A stretch of DNA of 64,000 nucleotides from Aggregatibacter segnis (GTDB lineage Bacteria > Pseudomonadota > Gammaproteobacteria > Enterobacterales > Pasteurellaceae): NCBI GenBank assembly GCA_938021175.1, contig CALIHN010000006.1, positions 62,206 to 126,205 on the forward strand, in the 5' to 3' direction. Under the pieces are notes generated by a model. It saw nothing but the letters and a program-made list of their open reading frames with translations, searched no databases and was not told where the DNA came from. How positions within the stretch are numbered: position 1 is the first letter of the stretch; every line of letters begins with the position of its first letter. The position numbers and the translations under genes are program-made. Of the stretch, positions 11,673 through 23,103 are shown one piece after another.

Positions 11673-12641
11673 ATGGCGGATTTTAAAGGATATCAACAGT
11701 ACGAAAATTTAAGCACACTCAAAAAAGTCGTCGCTATTGGTGGTGGGCATGGACTCGGCCGCGTGATGTCTTCTTTAAGTTTTTTGAAAGAACGTCTTAC
11801 CGCCATTGTTACCACCACCGATAACGGCGGTTCAACAGGCCGAATTCGCACCAATCAAGGTGGAATTGCCTGGGGAGACTTACGTAACTGCTTAAATCAA
11901 ATCATCACGGAACCAAGCACCGCCTCCGCATTGTTTGAATATCGTTTTGGTGGCAACGGCGAATTAGCGGGGCATAACCTCGGCAATCTCATGCTCAAAG
12001 CCCTAGAAGATATGCATATTCGTCCAACGGAAGCCGTCAATCTCATTCGTGAATTATTGCATGTAAAATCTTTTATCGTCCCGATGTCGGAACAATCGGT
12101 CCACCTCGCGGCCGTATTAAACGGCGGCAACAGCGTTGTTGGCGAAGTCAGCGTCGATAGCTTAACTGAGCTACCCAAATCCATTTTTCTTGTGCCTTAC
12201 GTCACCGCCACACCGGAAGCCATTCAGGCTCTCAAAGAAGCTGATCTGATTTTATTTGGCCCCGGTAGTTTCCTCACCAGCATTATGCCGCCTATTCTTC
12301 TACCGGAAATTATCGAACAACTTCGACAAAGCGAAGCAAAAAAGATCTTTATTGATAATTTAGGTATTGAGCACAGCCCCGCATCCAGTCTTTCTCTTGC
12401 AGATCGCATTCAGTGGATCAATGAAACCGTTGGTCAACCTATCATCGATGGTGCAATTGTGCCCTTTAATGCCGTACAGAATAGCCAACCCATGGAGATC
12501 AAAATCCTTGCGGGCCGCCTTAATGCGGACGATATTTCCTATCGCCATGACCGCGCACTCCTCTGCTCAGCTATCGACGAGCTCCTAGGCGAACTCTTAG
12601 AATCGTCAGAGGAAGAACATTCCGAACCCACCTCGCTTTAA
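11673..12641 (+). CDS. ybhK: UPF0052/CofD-like gluconeogenesis factor (YvcK/YbhK family)
   Basis: VVAIGGGHGLGRVMSSL...TTDNGGSTG motif; divergent from moaA as in E. coli (ybhK-moaA). Confidence 0.85.
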   Translation: MADFKGYQQYENLSTLKKVVAIGGGHGLGRVMSSLSFLKERLTAIVTTTDNGGSTGRIRTNQGGIAWGDLRNCLNQIITEPSTASALFEYRFGGNGELAGHNLGNLMLKALEDMHIRPTEAVNLIRELLHVKSFIVPMSEQSVHLAAVLNGGNSVVGEVSVDSLTELPKSIFLVPYVTATPEAIQALKEADLILFGPGSFLTSIMPPILLPEIIEQLRQSEAKKIFIDNLGIEHSPASSLSLADRIQWINETVGQPIIDGAIVPFNAVQNSQPMEIKILAGRLNADDISYRHDRALLCSAIDELLGELLESSEEEHSEPTSL

Positions 12642-12675
12642 TAAAAAAAGCCTTTCCGTTTGGAAAGGCTTTTAT
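12642..12675. terminator. Bidirectional terminator between ybhK and lpdA
   Basis: AAAGCCTTTCC-GTTT-GGAAAGGCTTT hairpin with flanking A/T runs. Confidence 0.8.
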
Positions 12676-12690
12676 GTTTAATCAAGCAAA

Positions 12691-14115
12691 TTATTTTTTC
12701 TTCGCTTTTGGATTTGGTAAGTCGGTAACTGAACCTTCGAAGACTTCGGCCGCTAAACCGACAGATTCGTGTAAGGTTGGGTGCGCGTGGATGGTCAACG
12801 CGATGTCTTCCGCATCACAACCCATTTCGATAGCCAAACCGATTTCACCTAACAATTCACCTGCGTTGGTACCTACAATAGCACCACCTAATACACGATG
12901 AGTATCTTTATCGAAAATCAGTTTTGTCATACCGTCGGCACAATCAGAGGCGATCGCACGACCGGAAGCTGCCCACGGGAAGTTTGCCACTTCATAGTTC
13001 AAGCCTTCTGCTTTACATTCTTTCTCGGTTTTACCCACCCATGCCACTTCAGGCTCGGTATAGGCAATAGAAGGAATCACTTTCGGATCGAAATAGTGTT
13101 TTTTACCTGCAATCACTTCAGCGGCCACGTGACCTTCGTGAACACCTTTATGCGCTAACATTGGTTGCCCTACGATATCACCGATAGCAAAAATATGAGA
13201 CACATTGGTACGCATTTGTTTGTCGGTACGAATAAAACCGCGTTCATCAACGTTCACTCCGGCTTTTTCTGCATCAAGCAATTTACCATTCGGTGTACGA
13301 CCGATAGCCACTAATACAGCATCGTAACGTTTCGTGATGTTGCCAGCTTTACCTTCCATAGACACATGGATGCCGTCTTCTTTCGCTTCAACAGCAGTCA
13401 CTTTCGTTTCAAGCATTAAATTGAATTTTTGCTCAATACGTTTAGTGAAGATTTTAACGATATCTTTGTCTGCAGCAGGAATCACTTGGTCGAACATTTC
13501 AACCACATCAACTTTAGAACCTAACGCTTGGTAAACGGTCCCCATTTCCAAACCGATGATACCACCGCCCATGATTAATAAGTCTTTTGGCACTTCACGC
13601 AATGCAAGCGCATCCGTAGAATCCCAAACACGCGGATCGTGGTGTGGAATGAACGGTAATTCAATTGGACGAGAACCCGCCGCGATAATCGCATTATCAA
13701 ATTTCACGTTAGTGACATTACCGTCTTTGTCAGTTACCGCTAAAGTATGGGAATCAGCAAATTTAGCTTCACCTTGCACCACTTGTACTTTACGCATTTT
13801 TGCCATACCGGCTAAACCACCGGTTAAGCGAGAAACCACGCCTTCTTTACCGGCACGGATTTTATCTAAATCAATAGTTGGTTCAGCAAAAACAACACCG
13901 TGATGTTCAACGTGTTTAGCTTCTTCAATAATTTTTGCAACGTGTAATAACGCTTTAGACGGAATACAACCTACGTTTAAACAAACGCCGCCCAAAGTAG
14001 AATAACGTTCAACGATGACTGTTTCTAAGCCCAAGTCAGCACAACGGAATGCAGCGGAATAACCTGCCGGACCTGCGCCAAGCACAACCACTTGGGTTTT
14101 CACTTCTTTACTCAT
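12691..14115 (-). CDS. lpdA: Dihydrolipoyl dehydrogenase (E3)
   Basis: GAGPAGY FAD motif, CLNVGCIPSK redox-active disulfide; 474 aa. Confidence 0.95.
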   Translation of the reverse strand: MSKEVKTQVVVLGAGPAGYSAAFRCADLGLETVIVERYSTLGGVCLNVGCIPSKALLHVAKIIEEAKHVEHHGVVFAEPTIDLDKIRAGKEGVVSRLTGGLAGMAKMRKVQVVQGEAKFADSHTLAVTDKDGNVTNVKFDNAIIAAGSRPIELPFIPHHDPRVWDSTDALALREVPKDLLIMGGGIIGLEMGTVYQALGSKVDVVEMFDQVIPAADKDIVKIFTKRIEQKFNLMLETKVTAVEAKEDGIHVSMEGKAGNITKRYDAVLVAIGRTPNGKLLDAEKAGVNVDERGFIRTDKQMRTNVSHIFAIGDIVGQPMLAHKGVHEGHVAAEVIAGKKHYFDPKVIPSIAYTEPEVAWVGKTEKECKAEGLNYEVANFPWAASGRAIASDCADGMTKLIFDKDTHRVLGGAIVGTNAGELLGEIGLAIEMGCDAEDIALTIHAHPTLHESVGLAAEVFEGSVTDLPNPKAKKK

Positions 14116-14184
14116 TTTGTCTCCTTAAAAATGCGATTTTTTATGACCGCACTTCATTTAATCAAGCGCTAAAAATTTAAAAAT

Positions 14185-14206
14185 GCCTCTCTCATTTGAG
14201 AGAGGC
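14185..14206 (-). promoter_or_regulatory. Stem-loop between aceF and lpdA (partial terminator/attenuator)
   Basis: GCCTCTCTCA-TTTG-AGAGAGGC, 9-bp stem; a U-rich tract follows on the minus strand. Confidence 0.5.
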
Positions 14207-14214
14207 ACAATAAA

Positions 14215-16095
14215 TTACATAATTAAACGACGTAAATCTGCCAACACAGAACCGATGTAGCTAATGAAGCGTGCACCGTCGGCACCGTCAATAACACGGT
14301 GGTCGAATGACAAGGAAATCGGAAGAATTAAGCGCGGTGCAAAATCTTTACCGTTCCATACAGGTTCCATTGAAGATTTGGATACACCTAAAATCGCTAC
14401 TTCAGGCGCATTCACGATTGGCGCAAAGTGAGTTGTACCCAAACCACCGATACTGGAGATGGTGAAACAACCGCCTTGCATATCGGATGCCGTTAATTTA
14501 CCGTCACGGGCTTTCTTAGAAACTTCAGCCAATTCACGGGAAAGCTCGATAATGCCTTTTTTATTCACATCTTTGAATACCGGTACAACCAAACCATTTG
14601 GTGTATCTACCGCCACGCCGATGTTGATGTATTTTTTCAAGATTAAGCGCTGTGCATCTTCAGTGATAGAACTGTTGAAACGAGGATACGCTTCTAATGC
14701 TTTAGCAACCGCTTTCATAATGAACACAACCGGTGTGATTTTCACGCCAAGTTTTTGTTTTTCCGCTAAGGCATTTTGTTCTTTACGGAAAGCTTCTAAC
14801 TCGGTGATATCTGCTTTATCGAAATGAGTAACGTGTGGAATCATAACCCAGTTGCGATGTAAGTTCGCACCGGAAATCTTATTGATACGACTTAATTCCA
14901 CTTCTTCGATTTCACCAAATTTGCTGAAATCCACTTTCGGCCATGGTAACAAGCCTAAACCGGCGCCATTTGCAGCACCAGCAGCCGCAGAGGAACCGCT
15001 TTCTAACGCTTTCACCGCTGCTTTTACATAAGCTTGAACGTCTTCTTTTAAGATACGACCTTTACGACCGGTACCCTTCACTTTATCTAAGTTCACGCCA
15101 AATTCACGTGCAAGACGACGAATCACCGGTGTGGCGTGTGCAAAACTTTTCGCTGAAGTGACATCAGCATCAGATGCAGTCGCTGCCGGCGCAGAAGGTG
15201 CGGCAGCTGGCGCAGCTACCTGAGCCGGTGCAGCAGCTTGTGGTGCAGCTGCGGCAACCGGTGCAACACCTGCCACTTCAAATTTCATAATTAATGAACC
15301 GGTAGAGACTTTGTCGCCCGCTTTCACTAAAATTTCTTTAACGACACCGGCAAATGGTGCTGGCACTTCCATCGAAGCTTTGTCACCTTCAACGGTAATT
15401 AATGACTGCTCTTCTGCGATGCTATCGCCCACTTTTACCATAATTTCAGTCACGTTAACTTCGTCACCACCGATATCAGGGACATTTACCTCTTTCACAC
15501 CACCGGCAACCGGTGCTGTAGGTGCGGTAGCAGGCGCAGATGCCGCTGGTGCTGAAGCAGACGCACTGCCGGCAACTTCAAAGCGCATAATCAATGTGCC
15601 GGTGGACACTTTATCGCCCGCTTTAATAATAATTTCTTTCACGATACCGGCAACAGGTGCTGGCACTTCCATAGACGCTTTATCGCCTTCAACGTTAATA
15701 ATGGATTGATCCACTTCAACGCGATCACCCACTTTTACCATAACATCAGTAACGTTGACTTCATCAGAACCGATATCCGGCACATTCACATCAACTACTT
15801 GTGCACTAGCCGGCGCAGCGGCAGGTGCTGCGGCCGGTTGAGCGGCTTGTGCAGGTGCCGCGTCAGCGCTATCTAGTACCAACATAGGCGTGCCGGTGGT
15901 TACTTTATCTCCCACTTTCACTAACACTTCTTTAACCACGCCTGCTTCAGGTGCCGGCACTTCCATCGATGCTTTATCACCTTCAACATTGATAATGGAT
16001 TGATCCGCAGTAATCGTATCTCCAACTTTTACCATCACTTCGGTAACGGTCACTTCATCACTACCGATATCCGGAATTTGAATTTGTTTAGCCAT
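14215..16095 (-). CDS. aceF: Pyruvate dehydrogenase E2 (dihydrolipoamide acetyltransferase), three lipoyl domains
   Basis: Three repeated lipoyl domains ([13 protein letters not shown] x3) separated by Ala/Pro linkers, plus the catalytic DHRVIDGA C-terminal domain. Confidence 0.95.
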   Translation of the reverse strand: MAKQIQIPDIGSDEVTVTEVMVKVGDTITADQSIINVEGDKASMEVPAPEAGVVKEVLVKVGDKVTTGTPMLVLDSADAAPAQAAQPAAAPAAAPASAQVVDVNVPDIGSDEVNVTDVMVKVGDRVEVDQSIINVEGDKASMEVPAPVAGIVKEIIIKAGDKVSTGTLIMRFEVAGSASASAPAASAPATAPTAPVAGGVKEVNVPDIGGDEVNVTEIMVKVGDSIAEEQSLITVEGDKASMEVPAPFAGVVKEILVKAGDKVSTGSLIMKFEVAGVAPVAAAAPQAAAPAQVAAPAAAPSAPAATASDADVTSAKSFAHATPVIRRLAREFGVNLDKVKGTGRKGRILKEDVQAYVKAAVKALESGSSAAAGAANGAGLGLLPWPKVDFSKFGEIEEVELSRINKISGANLHRNWVMIPHVTHFDKADITELEAFRKEQNALAEKQKLGVKITPVVFIMKAVAKALEAYPRFNSSITEDAQRLILKKYINIGVAVDTPNGLVVPVFKDVNKKGIIELSRELAEVSKKARDGKLTASDMQGGCFTISSIGGLGTTHFAPIVNAPEVAILGVSKSSMEPVWNGKDFAPRLILPISLSFDHRVIDGADGARFISYIGSVLADLRRLIM

Positions 16096-16168
16096 TTCTT
16101 TTTACCTTTTAAACGTTTGGAAAACCAACCGCACTTTCATCAAGTGCGGTCGTTTTTTTCGTTATTTT

Positions 16169-18826
16169 TTATGCGTATAACGGATTCAATCTTTCAGGAT
16201 CGATACCGTATTTTGCGATTGCTTCGGCAACCACTTTCTTGTCAACTGTGCCTTCTTGTGCCAACACATGTAATGCGGCAACCACAACGTGGTGTGCATC
16301 TACTTCAAAGTGGTCACGCAAGTTCGCACGGCTATCGGAACGACCGAAACCATCCGTACCCAATACATGATAATGTTTAGCCGGTACATAAGCGCGGATT
16401 TGCTCAGCAAAAAGCTTCATGTAGTCGGTTGCTGCAACAGCAGGCTTGCCGTTCATCACTTGAGCAACGTATGGCACACGTGGTGTTTCGGTTGGATGTA
16501 ACATATTCCAACGAACCGCATCCGCCCCTTCGCGAGCAGCTTCAGTGAAGGATGGCGCGCTATAAACATCAGAGCTGATGCCGTAGTCGTTAGCCAAGAT
16601 TTGAGCAGCTTCACGTACATGACGCAAGATCGCACCGGAACCAAGTAATTGCACTTCGCCTTTACCTTTTCCTTGTACGCGTTCAAATTTATAAAGACCT
16701 TTACGAATACCTTCTTCTGAGCCTGCAGGCATCGCAGGTTGATCGTAAATTTCGTTTAACGTGGTGATGTAATAGAACACATCTTCTTGTTTTTCACCAT
16801 ACATACGGTTAATACCGTCTTGCATGATAACCGCCACTTCATAAGCGAATGCCGGGTCATAAGACACACAGTTAGGAATCGTTAAAGATTGAATGTGGCT
16901 GTGACCATCTTCGTGTTGTAAACCTTCACCGTTTAATGTTGTACGGCCTGACGTACCACCGATCATGAAACCGCGTGCCAATTGGTCACCTGCTGCCCAC
17001 ATCAAGTCACCAACACGTTGGAAACCGAACATAGAGTAATAGATGAAGAATGGAATCATCGGTACATTACTGATGGAGTAAGAGGTTGCCGCCGCTAACC
17101 AAGAAGACGTTGCACCTAATTCGTTGATCCCTTCTTGTAATACTTGGCCATCTTTCGCTTCACGGTAGTAAGCCACTAAATCGCGGTCGGATGGGACATA
17201 ATTTTGACCATGTGGGTTGTAAATACCGATTTGACGGAATAACCCTTCCATACCGAAAGTACGTGCTTCATCTGCCACGATTGGCACAATATGTTGACCC
17301 ACATTTTTGTCTTTTAACAACGTATTTAAGAAACGGACGAATGCCATTGTGGTTGAAATCGGACGTGGCTGCGCTTCTAACAACGCAGAGAATTCTGAAA
17401 GCTCAGGTGCTTTGAAGTCCACGGTAAATTTCGGTTGACGTGCAGGCACATAACCTTGCAATGCTTTACGATGTTCATGCAAGTATTTGTACTCTTCGGA
17501 ACCTTCTGGGAAGGTGACGTACGGCAAGCTTTCCAAATCTTCATCTTTCACTGGAATGTGGAAGTAATCGCGGTAAGCTTTGATACTTTCAGCAGACATT
17601 TTTTTGGATTGGTGTGCGGTGTTTTTACTTTCTGCTTCAGCAATTTTATAGCCTTTCACAGATTGCACTAAGATAACAACCGGTTTACCGGCATTTTGTG
17701 CTTTCTTGAATGCAGCAAACACTTTAAGCGGATCATGACCGCCACGTTGTAACGCCCAAATTTCATCATCAGTCATATCAGCCACTAATGCAGCGGTTTC
17801 CGGGTAACGACCGAAGAAGTGTTCACGTACGTAAGCACCGTCTTTAGATTTGAATGTTAAGTAGTCACCATCAACCACTTCCATCATTAATTGGGTAAGT
17901 TTACCTGTGGTGTCTTTGGCAAATAATTTATCCCAACGACTACCCCACATGACTTTGATCACTTCCCAACCGGCGCCCACGAATAAACCTTCTAATTCTT
18001 GAACGATTTTACCGTTACCGTTTACCGGGCCGTCTAAGCGTTGTAAGTTACAGGAAATGACGAAAATTAAGTTATCTAAATGTTCGCGAGCGGCGAAAGT
18101 TAATGCACCTTTAGATTCAATTTCATCCATCTCACCATCGCCTAAGAAGGCATACACTTTTTGATCAGCAGTGTCTTTCAAACCACGATTGTGTAAGTAT
18201 TTTAAGAAACGGGCTTGATAAATGGCGTTCACCGGGCCTAACCCCATAGAAACGGTTGAGAATTGCCAGAAATCAGGCATTAATTTCGGATGAGGGTAAG
18301 AAGATAAACCTTTGCCATGCACTTCTTGACGGAAGTTATCTAATCGCTCTTCCGTTAAACGTCCTTCTAGGAAAGCACGAGCATACATCCCCGGCGCTGA
18401 GTGGCCTTGGAAGAAGACTAAGTCACCGCCGTTTTTCTCTGTTGCTGCTTTGAAGAAATGGTTAAAACCGACTTCATACATAGTTGCCGCAGATTGGAAA
18501 GTGGATAAGTGACCACCTAAATCAAGGTCTTTTTTCTGTCCGCGTAATACCATCATCACGGCATTCCAACGAACATAAGAACGAATGCGACGTTCAATTT
18601 CTAAATTGCCTGGATAAGCCGGCTGCTCGGAAACTGGAATGGTATTCACATAATCGGTTGTGATGCCACTTGGTAAAGAAACGCCACCGGCGCGAGCTTG
18701 TTGCATAACTTGATCGATAATGAACTGAGCGCGCTCAATGCCTTCCTCACGAATTAACGAATCAATTGCTGCCAACCAATCGTTAGTTTCGATCGGATCT
18801 ACGTCATTTTTTAACAATTCTGACAT
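16169..18826 (-). CDS. aceE: Pyruvate dehydrogenase E1 component
   Basis: 885 aa, AceE-like throughout. Confidence 0.95.
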   Translation of the reverse strand: MSELLKNDVDPIETNDWLAAIDSLIREEGIERAQFIIDQVMQQARAGGVSLPSGITTDYVNTIPVSEQPAYPGNLEIERRIRSYVRWNAVMMVLRGQKKDLDLGGHLSTFQSAATMYEVGFNHFFKAATEKNGGDLVFFQGHSAPGMYARAFLEGRLTEERLDNFRQEVHGKGLSSYPHPKLMPDFWQFSTVSMGLGPVNAIYQARFLKYLHNRGLKDTADQKVYAFLGDGEMDEIESKGALTFAAREHLDNLIFVISCNLQRLDGPVNGNGKIVQELEGLFVGAGWEVIKVMWGSRWDKLFAKDTTGKLTQLMMEVVDGDYLTFKSKDGAYVREHFFGRYPETAALVADMTDDEIWALQRGGHDPLKVFAAFKKAQNAGKPVVILVQSVKGYKIAEAESKNTAHQSKKMSAESIKAYRDYFHIPVKDEDLESLPYVTFPEGSEEYKYLHEHRKALQGYVPARQPKFTVDFKAPELSEFSALLEAQPRPISTTMAFVRFLNTLLKDKNVGQHIVPIVADEARTFGMEGLFRQIGIYNPHGQNYVPSDRDLVAYYREAKDGQVLQEGINELGATSSWLAAATSYSISNVPMIPFFIYYSMFGFQRVGDLMWAAGDQLARGFMIGGTSGRTTLNGEGLQHEDGHSHIQSLTIPNCVSYDPAFAYEVAVIMQDGINRMYGEKQEDVFYYITTLNEIYDQPAMPAGSEEGIRKGLYKFERVQGKGKGEVQLLGSGAILRHVREAAQILANDYGISSDVYSAPSFTEAAREGADAVRWNMLHPTETPRVPYVAQVMNGKPAVAATDYMKLFAEQIRAYVPAKHYHVLGTDGFGRSDSRANLRDHFEVDAHHVVVAALHVLAQEGTVDKKVVAEAIAKYGIDPERLNPLYA

Positions 18827-19261
18827 AGTTTTTTCCTTATTTTGTTAAGTTAGAAGTACGTTTAACGCTACTTTTGGTAGCAATTAAACAACGAATTGAT
18901 AACTAAAAATGGTTTAATTTGTCAAAACCCCTATGTAAACTGTACAAAAAATACACATTACAAATTTTTAACAAATAATGTAAATCTTATTAGATTTTTT
19001 GAAAGAATGATAGTGATTTTTATCTCTGCCGCGGAAAATATCTGATTGCTGAGCTGTTTTAAATAACCATTTATACATAAATTTACGCGACAATCTGCCA
19101 CACCAAAGAAAACGTCCAAAAAAACCACCGCTCTTTCTAAAATAAGTGATCGTCATCACATATTAGCCATTGAAAAAAAGAATTAAATATTGCGTATTTT
19201 GCCCAATTAACCTACCATTAGACTCAACTATTTATATCGCATAAAAATTTGGAGATAAAAA

Positions 19262-20122
19262 ATGCAAAACGAACTTATTTGTTACAAAAAAATGCCGGTT
19301 TGGACTAAAGACAGCTTGCCAAAAATGTTTCAAGAAAAGCACAATACCAAAGTCGGCACTTGGGGAAAACTCACCGTCTTAAAGGGTAAACTCAAATTTT
19401 ATGTGTTAACGGAAAATGGCGATATTGTGAGCGAACACATTTTCACCCCACAAGATGAAACACCTTTCGTTGAACCTCAACTTTGGCATCGTGTTGAAGC
19501 CCTTTCCGATGATTTGGAATGTTTCCTTGAATTTTATTGCACCAAGGAAGACTACTTCAGCAAAAAATACAATATGACCGCCACTCACGGCGATGTGGTC
19601 AATGCGGCTAAAATTATCAAACCATGTAAGGTGTTAGATTTAGGTTGTGGACAAGGGCGTAACTCTCTCTATTTGAGTTTACTCGGCTATGATGTAACTT
19701 CTTGGGATCACAATGAAAACAGTCTCCAATTTTTAAACGAGACTAAAGAGAAAGAAAATCTGAAAATTCAGACCGCACTTTACAATATCAACGATGCAAA
19801 CATTCAAGAAAACTATGATTTTATTTTGTCGACTGTGGTCTTTATGTTCCTCGATCGTACCCGCGTACCGGCAATTCTTGAAAACATGCAAAACCACACC
19901 AATCCGGGTGGTTACAATTTAATCGTGGCCGCCATGTCCACACCGGAAGTGCCTTGCCCGGTACCATTCTCTTTCACCTTTGGTGAAAATGAATTGAAAG
20001 AATACTACAAAGATTGGGAGTTCTTGGAATACAACGAAAACATGGGTGAACTGCACAAAACCGATGAAAACGGCAATCGCTATAAAATGAAATTTGTGAC
20101 CATGTTGGCAAGAAAGAAATAG
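19262..20122 (+). CDS. tehB: Tellurite-resistance SAM-dependent methyltransferase TehB, Haemophilus-type with N-terminal extension
   Basis: 286 aa; VLDLGCGQGRNSLYL SAM-binding motif in the C-terminal half. Confidence 0.88.
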   Translation: MQNELICYKKMPVWTKDSLPKMFQEKHNTKVGTWGKLTVLKGKLKFYVLTENGDIVSEHIFTPQDETPFVEPQLWHRVEALSDDLECFLEFYCTKEDYFSKKYNMTATHGDVVNAAKIIKPCKVLDLGCGQGRNSLYLSLLGYDVTSWDHNENSLQFLNETKEKENLKIQTALYNINDANIQENYDFILSTVVFMFLDRTRVPAILENMQNHTNPGGYNLIVAAMSTPEVPCPVPFSFTFGENELKEYYKDWEFLEYNENMGELHKTDENGNRYKMKFVTMLARKK

Positions 20123-20142
20123 TTTGCCGATTTAGAAAAGAA

Positions 20143-20181
20143 AAAGACCGCACTTTGCGATATAAAGTGCGGTCTTTTTTT
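20143..20181. terminator. Inverted uptake-sequence-pair terminator (tehB / dapD, bidirectional)
   Basis: AAAGACCGCACTTT ... AAAGTGCGGTCTTT followed by a T7 run. Confidence 0.75.
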
Positions 20182-20194
20182 ATTGCGTTTTTAA

Positions 20195-21022
20195 TTATTC
20201 TTCAATGGAACGTAACAACTCGTTGATACCCACTTTCCCTAGCGTTTTAGCATCCACTTTTTTCACGATAACAGCGCAGTAAAGGCTGTATTTACCGCAT
20301 TTTGACGGAAGACTACCGGAAACAACAACAGACCCAGCCGGTACACGACCATAGTGAATTTCGCCGGTTTCACGATCATAAATCTTGGTGGATTGACCAA
20401 TAAAGACCCCCATGGAAATCACGCAACCATCTTCAACGATAACGCCTTCAACAACTTCGGAACGCGCACCGATAAAGCAGTTATCACCAATAATAGTTGG
20501 GTTAGCTTGTAATGGCTCTAACACGCCACCGATCCCTACCCCACCGGATAAGTGCACGTTTTTACCGATTTGTGCGCAAGAGCCGACTGTTGCCCAAGTA
20601 TCCACCATCGTTCCTTCGCCCACATACGCACCAATATTCACATAAGATGGCATTAACACTGTGTTTTTAGCAATATATGCCCCTTTACGAACGGTAGCAG
20701 AAGGCACTACACGGAAACCTTCTTGTTGGAAACGTTCTTCCGTGTAATCAGCAAATTTTAAAGCGACTTTGTCGTAGTATTTGGTTTCTGCACCATCAAT
20801 GATTTGATTTTCATTGATGCGGAAAGAAAGCAATACCGCTTTCTTTAACCATTGGTGAGTCACCCATTCGCCATCAATTTTTTCTGCAACACGGTATTTA
20901 CCGCAGTCTAAGCCTTCAATCACTTCTTCAATGGCTGCGCGGGTTTGTGCATCAACGGTTTTCGGTGTGATTTCCGCACGTTTTTCAAAGGCGTTTTCAA
21001 TAAGTTGTTGTAAATTGGACAT
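20195..21022 (-). CDS. dapD: Tetrahydrodipicolinate N-succinyltransferase
   Basis: 275 aa; hexapeptide-repeat core, DapD N-terminus [13 protein letters not shown]. Confidence 0.95.
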   Translation of the reverse strand: MSNLQQLIENAFEKRAEITPKTVDAQTRAAIEEVIEGLDCGKYRVAEKIDGEWVTHQWLKKAVLLSFRINENQIIDGAETKYYDKVALKFADYTEERFQQEGFRVVPSATVRKGAYIAKNTVLMPSYVNIGAYVGEGTMVDTWATVGSCAQIGKNVHLSGGVGIGGVLEPLQANPTIIGDNCFIGARSEVVEGVIVEDGCVISMGVFIGQSTKIYDRETGEIHYGRVPAGSVVVSGSLPSKCGKYSLYCAVIVKKVDAKTLGKVGINELLRSIEE

Positions 21023-21065
21023 TTTGCTTCCTATATCAGGGTTAATAAAAATAAATGAGTTCAGA

Positions 21066-22037
21066 TTACAATACTTCTAACTCGACGTTATTAAATAACT
21101 TTTTCACATCGCTATTATCATTCAATCTTTCGGCTTTTTCGACATTAGTACGAGTCAAGTGCGGTGAAAAATAATTAATAAAGTCATACATATAATTTCG
21201 TAAGAATGCACCATTCTTAAATGCAATTTGTGTCATGCTTGGACGGAATAAATGATCTGCTTTGATAGCCACTAAATCCTTATCTGCCGATGTATGTGCC
21301 ATAGAAGCCATAATCCCTACGCCCAACCCCATGCGAACATAGGTTTTGATAATATCCGCATCCGTTGCAGTAAACACAATATTTGGCAAAATACCCGCAC
21401 TATTAAAAGCATAATCCAAATCAGACGCGCCGGTAAAACCGAAGGTATAAGTAATCAAAGGATATTTCCCCAACTCTTCAATTGTGAGATGTTCACATTG
21501 TGCTAAAGGATGATCGGGCTTCACGATCACCGAGCGATTCCAGAAATAACACGGCAATAAGACCACATCATCAAAAAGATATTGCGCTTCAGTGGTAATG
21601 GCTAAATCCACTTCGTCAGATACCAACGCATCATAAATTTGTGTAGGTGAACCTTGATGAATATGCAAACTTACGTTGGGATAACGCTGAGAGAATTTTT
21701 CTACTACCGCCGGCAATATATAACGTGCTTGTGTGTTTGTCGTCGCAATACGCAATACACCCTGTTCGGGCTTGGTATATTCATCAGCCACGGAACGAAT
21801 GCCTTGCATTTTCAACATGATCTCACGAGAAATCGCTACAATTTTTTTCCCGGGCGGCGTTAATCCTTTAATGTGTTTACCATTACGCTCAAATATTTCC
21901 ACACCAAGCTCATTTTCCAACAAACGTACCTGTTTACTGATGCCCGGTTGCGATGTAAATAGAACATTAGCCGCTTCTGTGATATTCATATTTTGATTAG
22001 CGACTTCAACAATATAGCGAAGCTGTTGAAATTTCAT
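21066..22037 (-). CDS. cysB: LysR-family regulator CysB
   Basis: [12 protein letters not shown]...[13 protein letters not shown] aligns to the E. coli CysB N-terminus; start moved to 22037, which has an AAAGGAGA SD. Confidence 0.85.
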   Translation of the reverse strand: MKFQQLRYIVEVANQNMNITEAANVLFTSQPGISKQVRLLENELGVEIFERNGKHIKGLTPPGKKIVAISREIMLKMQGIRSVADEYTKPEQGVLRIATTNTQARYILPAVVEKFSQRYPNVSLHIHQGSPTQIYDALVSDEVDLAITTEAQYLFDDVVLLPCYFWNRSVIVKPDHPLAQCEHLTIEELGKYPLITYTFGFTGASDLDYAFNSAGILPNIVFTATDADIIKTYVRMGLGVGIMASMAHTSADKDLVAIKADHLFRPSMTQIAFKNGAFLRNYMYDFINYFSPHLTRTNVEKAERLNDNSDVKKLFNNVELEVL

Positions 22038-22071
22038 AAATTCTCCTTTTAATGACAACCATAAAGTGCGG

Positions 22072-23082
22072 TTATTTTTTATAACGTTTACTTAATTCTG
22101 AATAACGTTTAACTGCCTTACGGATTTTCCCTGTCTTTGGCTTACGTCGTTGCTTATTCATGTCTAATTTGGTTTCAGTTTCCGGTGGTAAACCGATCAA
22201 TTCACGTAAATAATTCACGTCTGCCAGTTCCATCTCCTGCCAACCACCACGTGGTAAATTCTTCATCAATTTAATGTTGCCATAACGAATACGAATCAAG
22301 CGGCTCACTTGGATGCCTTGTGATTCCCATAAACGACGCACTTCACGATTACGTCCTTCCATTAAGGTCACATCAAACCATTGATTCATCCCCACCCCAC
22401 CAACAAATTTAATCTCTTTAAAATTTGCCGGGCCGTCTTCCAATTGAACGCCTTTCTTTAAGCGATTCAGCATAGCGTCATCTACTGCACCAAACACGCG
22501 AACAGAATACTCTCGCTCGACTTCGCGGCTTGGGTGCATTAAACGATTCGCCAATTCACCGTCCGTTGTGAATAACAATAAACCAGACGTATTAATATCT
22601 AAGCGTCCAACTGCAATCCAACGGGCACCGGTTAAACGTGGCAAACGATCGAATACAGTAGCGCGCCCTTCCGGATCATGGCGGGTGCAAAGCTCACCTT
22701 CCGGTTTGTAATACATCAATACACGACACACTTCTTTCTGCGCTTGTGTCAGGTTAATTAAATGACCGTCAATACGCACTTTCACACCGGAATTCACGTT
22801 AATTCGATCGCCTAGCGTTGCAATTTTACCGTCTACACTGACTCGATTTTCCGCAATAATGCTTTCGATTTCACGACGTGATCCTTGTCCGGCTCGTGCC
22901 AATACTTTTTGTAACTTCTCGCCTTCGGCTGAAGTTGTTTTCATCTCATTTTTTCCATTTGGCTTTACTGAAGTTGGACGATTTCTCACTACGGCAGGTT
23001 GATTATTCTGTGTAGAGTGCGGTCGATTTTGAACGCGTTTTTGTGTTGTGGGTTTCATAAATCCTCGTTGTCGCTTTCCCAA
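22072..23082 (-). CDS. rluB: 23S rRNA pseudouridine synthase RluB, with basic N/C-terminal extensions
   Basis: S4 domain ([18 protein letters not shown]) plus RsuA-family catalytic core ([18 protein letters not shown]). Confidence 0.9.
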   Translation of the reverse strand: MGKRQRGFMKPTTQKRVQNRPHSTQNNQPAVVRNRPTSVKPNGKNEMKTTSAEGEKLQKVLARAGQGSRREIESIIAENRVSVDGKIATLGDRINVNSGVKVRIDGHLINLTQAQKEVCRVLMYYKPEGELCTRHDPEGRATVFDRLPRLTGARWIAVGRLDINTSGLLLFTTDGELANRLMHPSREVEREYSVRVFGAVDDAMLNRLKKGVQLEDGPANFKEIKFVGGVGMNQWFDVTLMEGRNREVRRLWESQGIQVSRLIRIRYGNIKLMKNLPRGGWQEMELADVNYLRELIGLPPETETKLDMNKQRRKPKTGKIRKAVKRYSELSKRYKK

Positions 23083-23103
23083 GCGTCTTTTTCAAAAATA
23101 GGT

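Noticed and set aside
11508-11696. 62-aa ORF made of Ile/Tyr/Phe/Arg in the ybhK promoter region
   Set aside because: A translation of extremely AT-rich promoter DNA that overlaps the ybhK start.
14215-16095. Internal ~300-bp tandem DNA repeats
   Set aside because: These are the three lipoyl domains of E2 (aceF), an expected intragenic duplication, not a mobile or CRISPR repeat.
18968-19159. 63-aa basic ORF in the aceE/tehB intergenic region
   Set aside because: No SD, and it sits in an AT-rich promoter region; more likely regulatory DNA than a gene.
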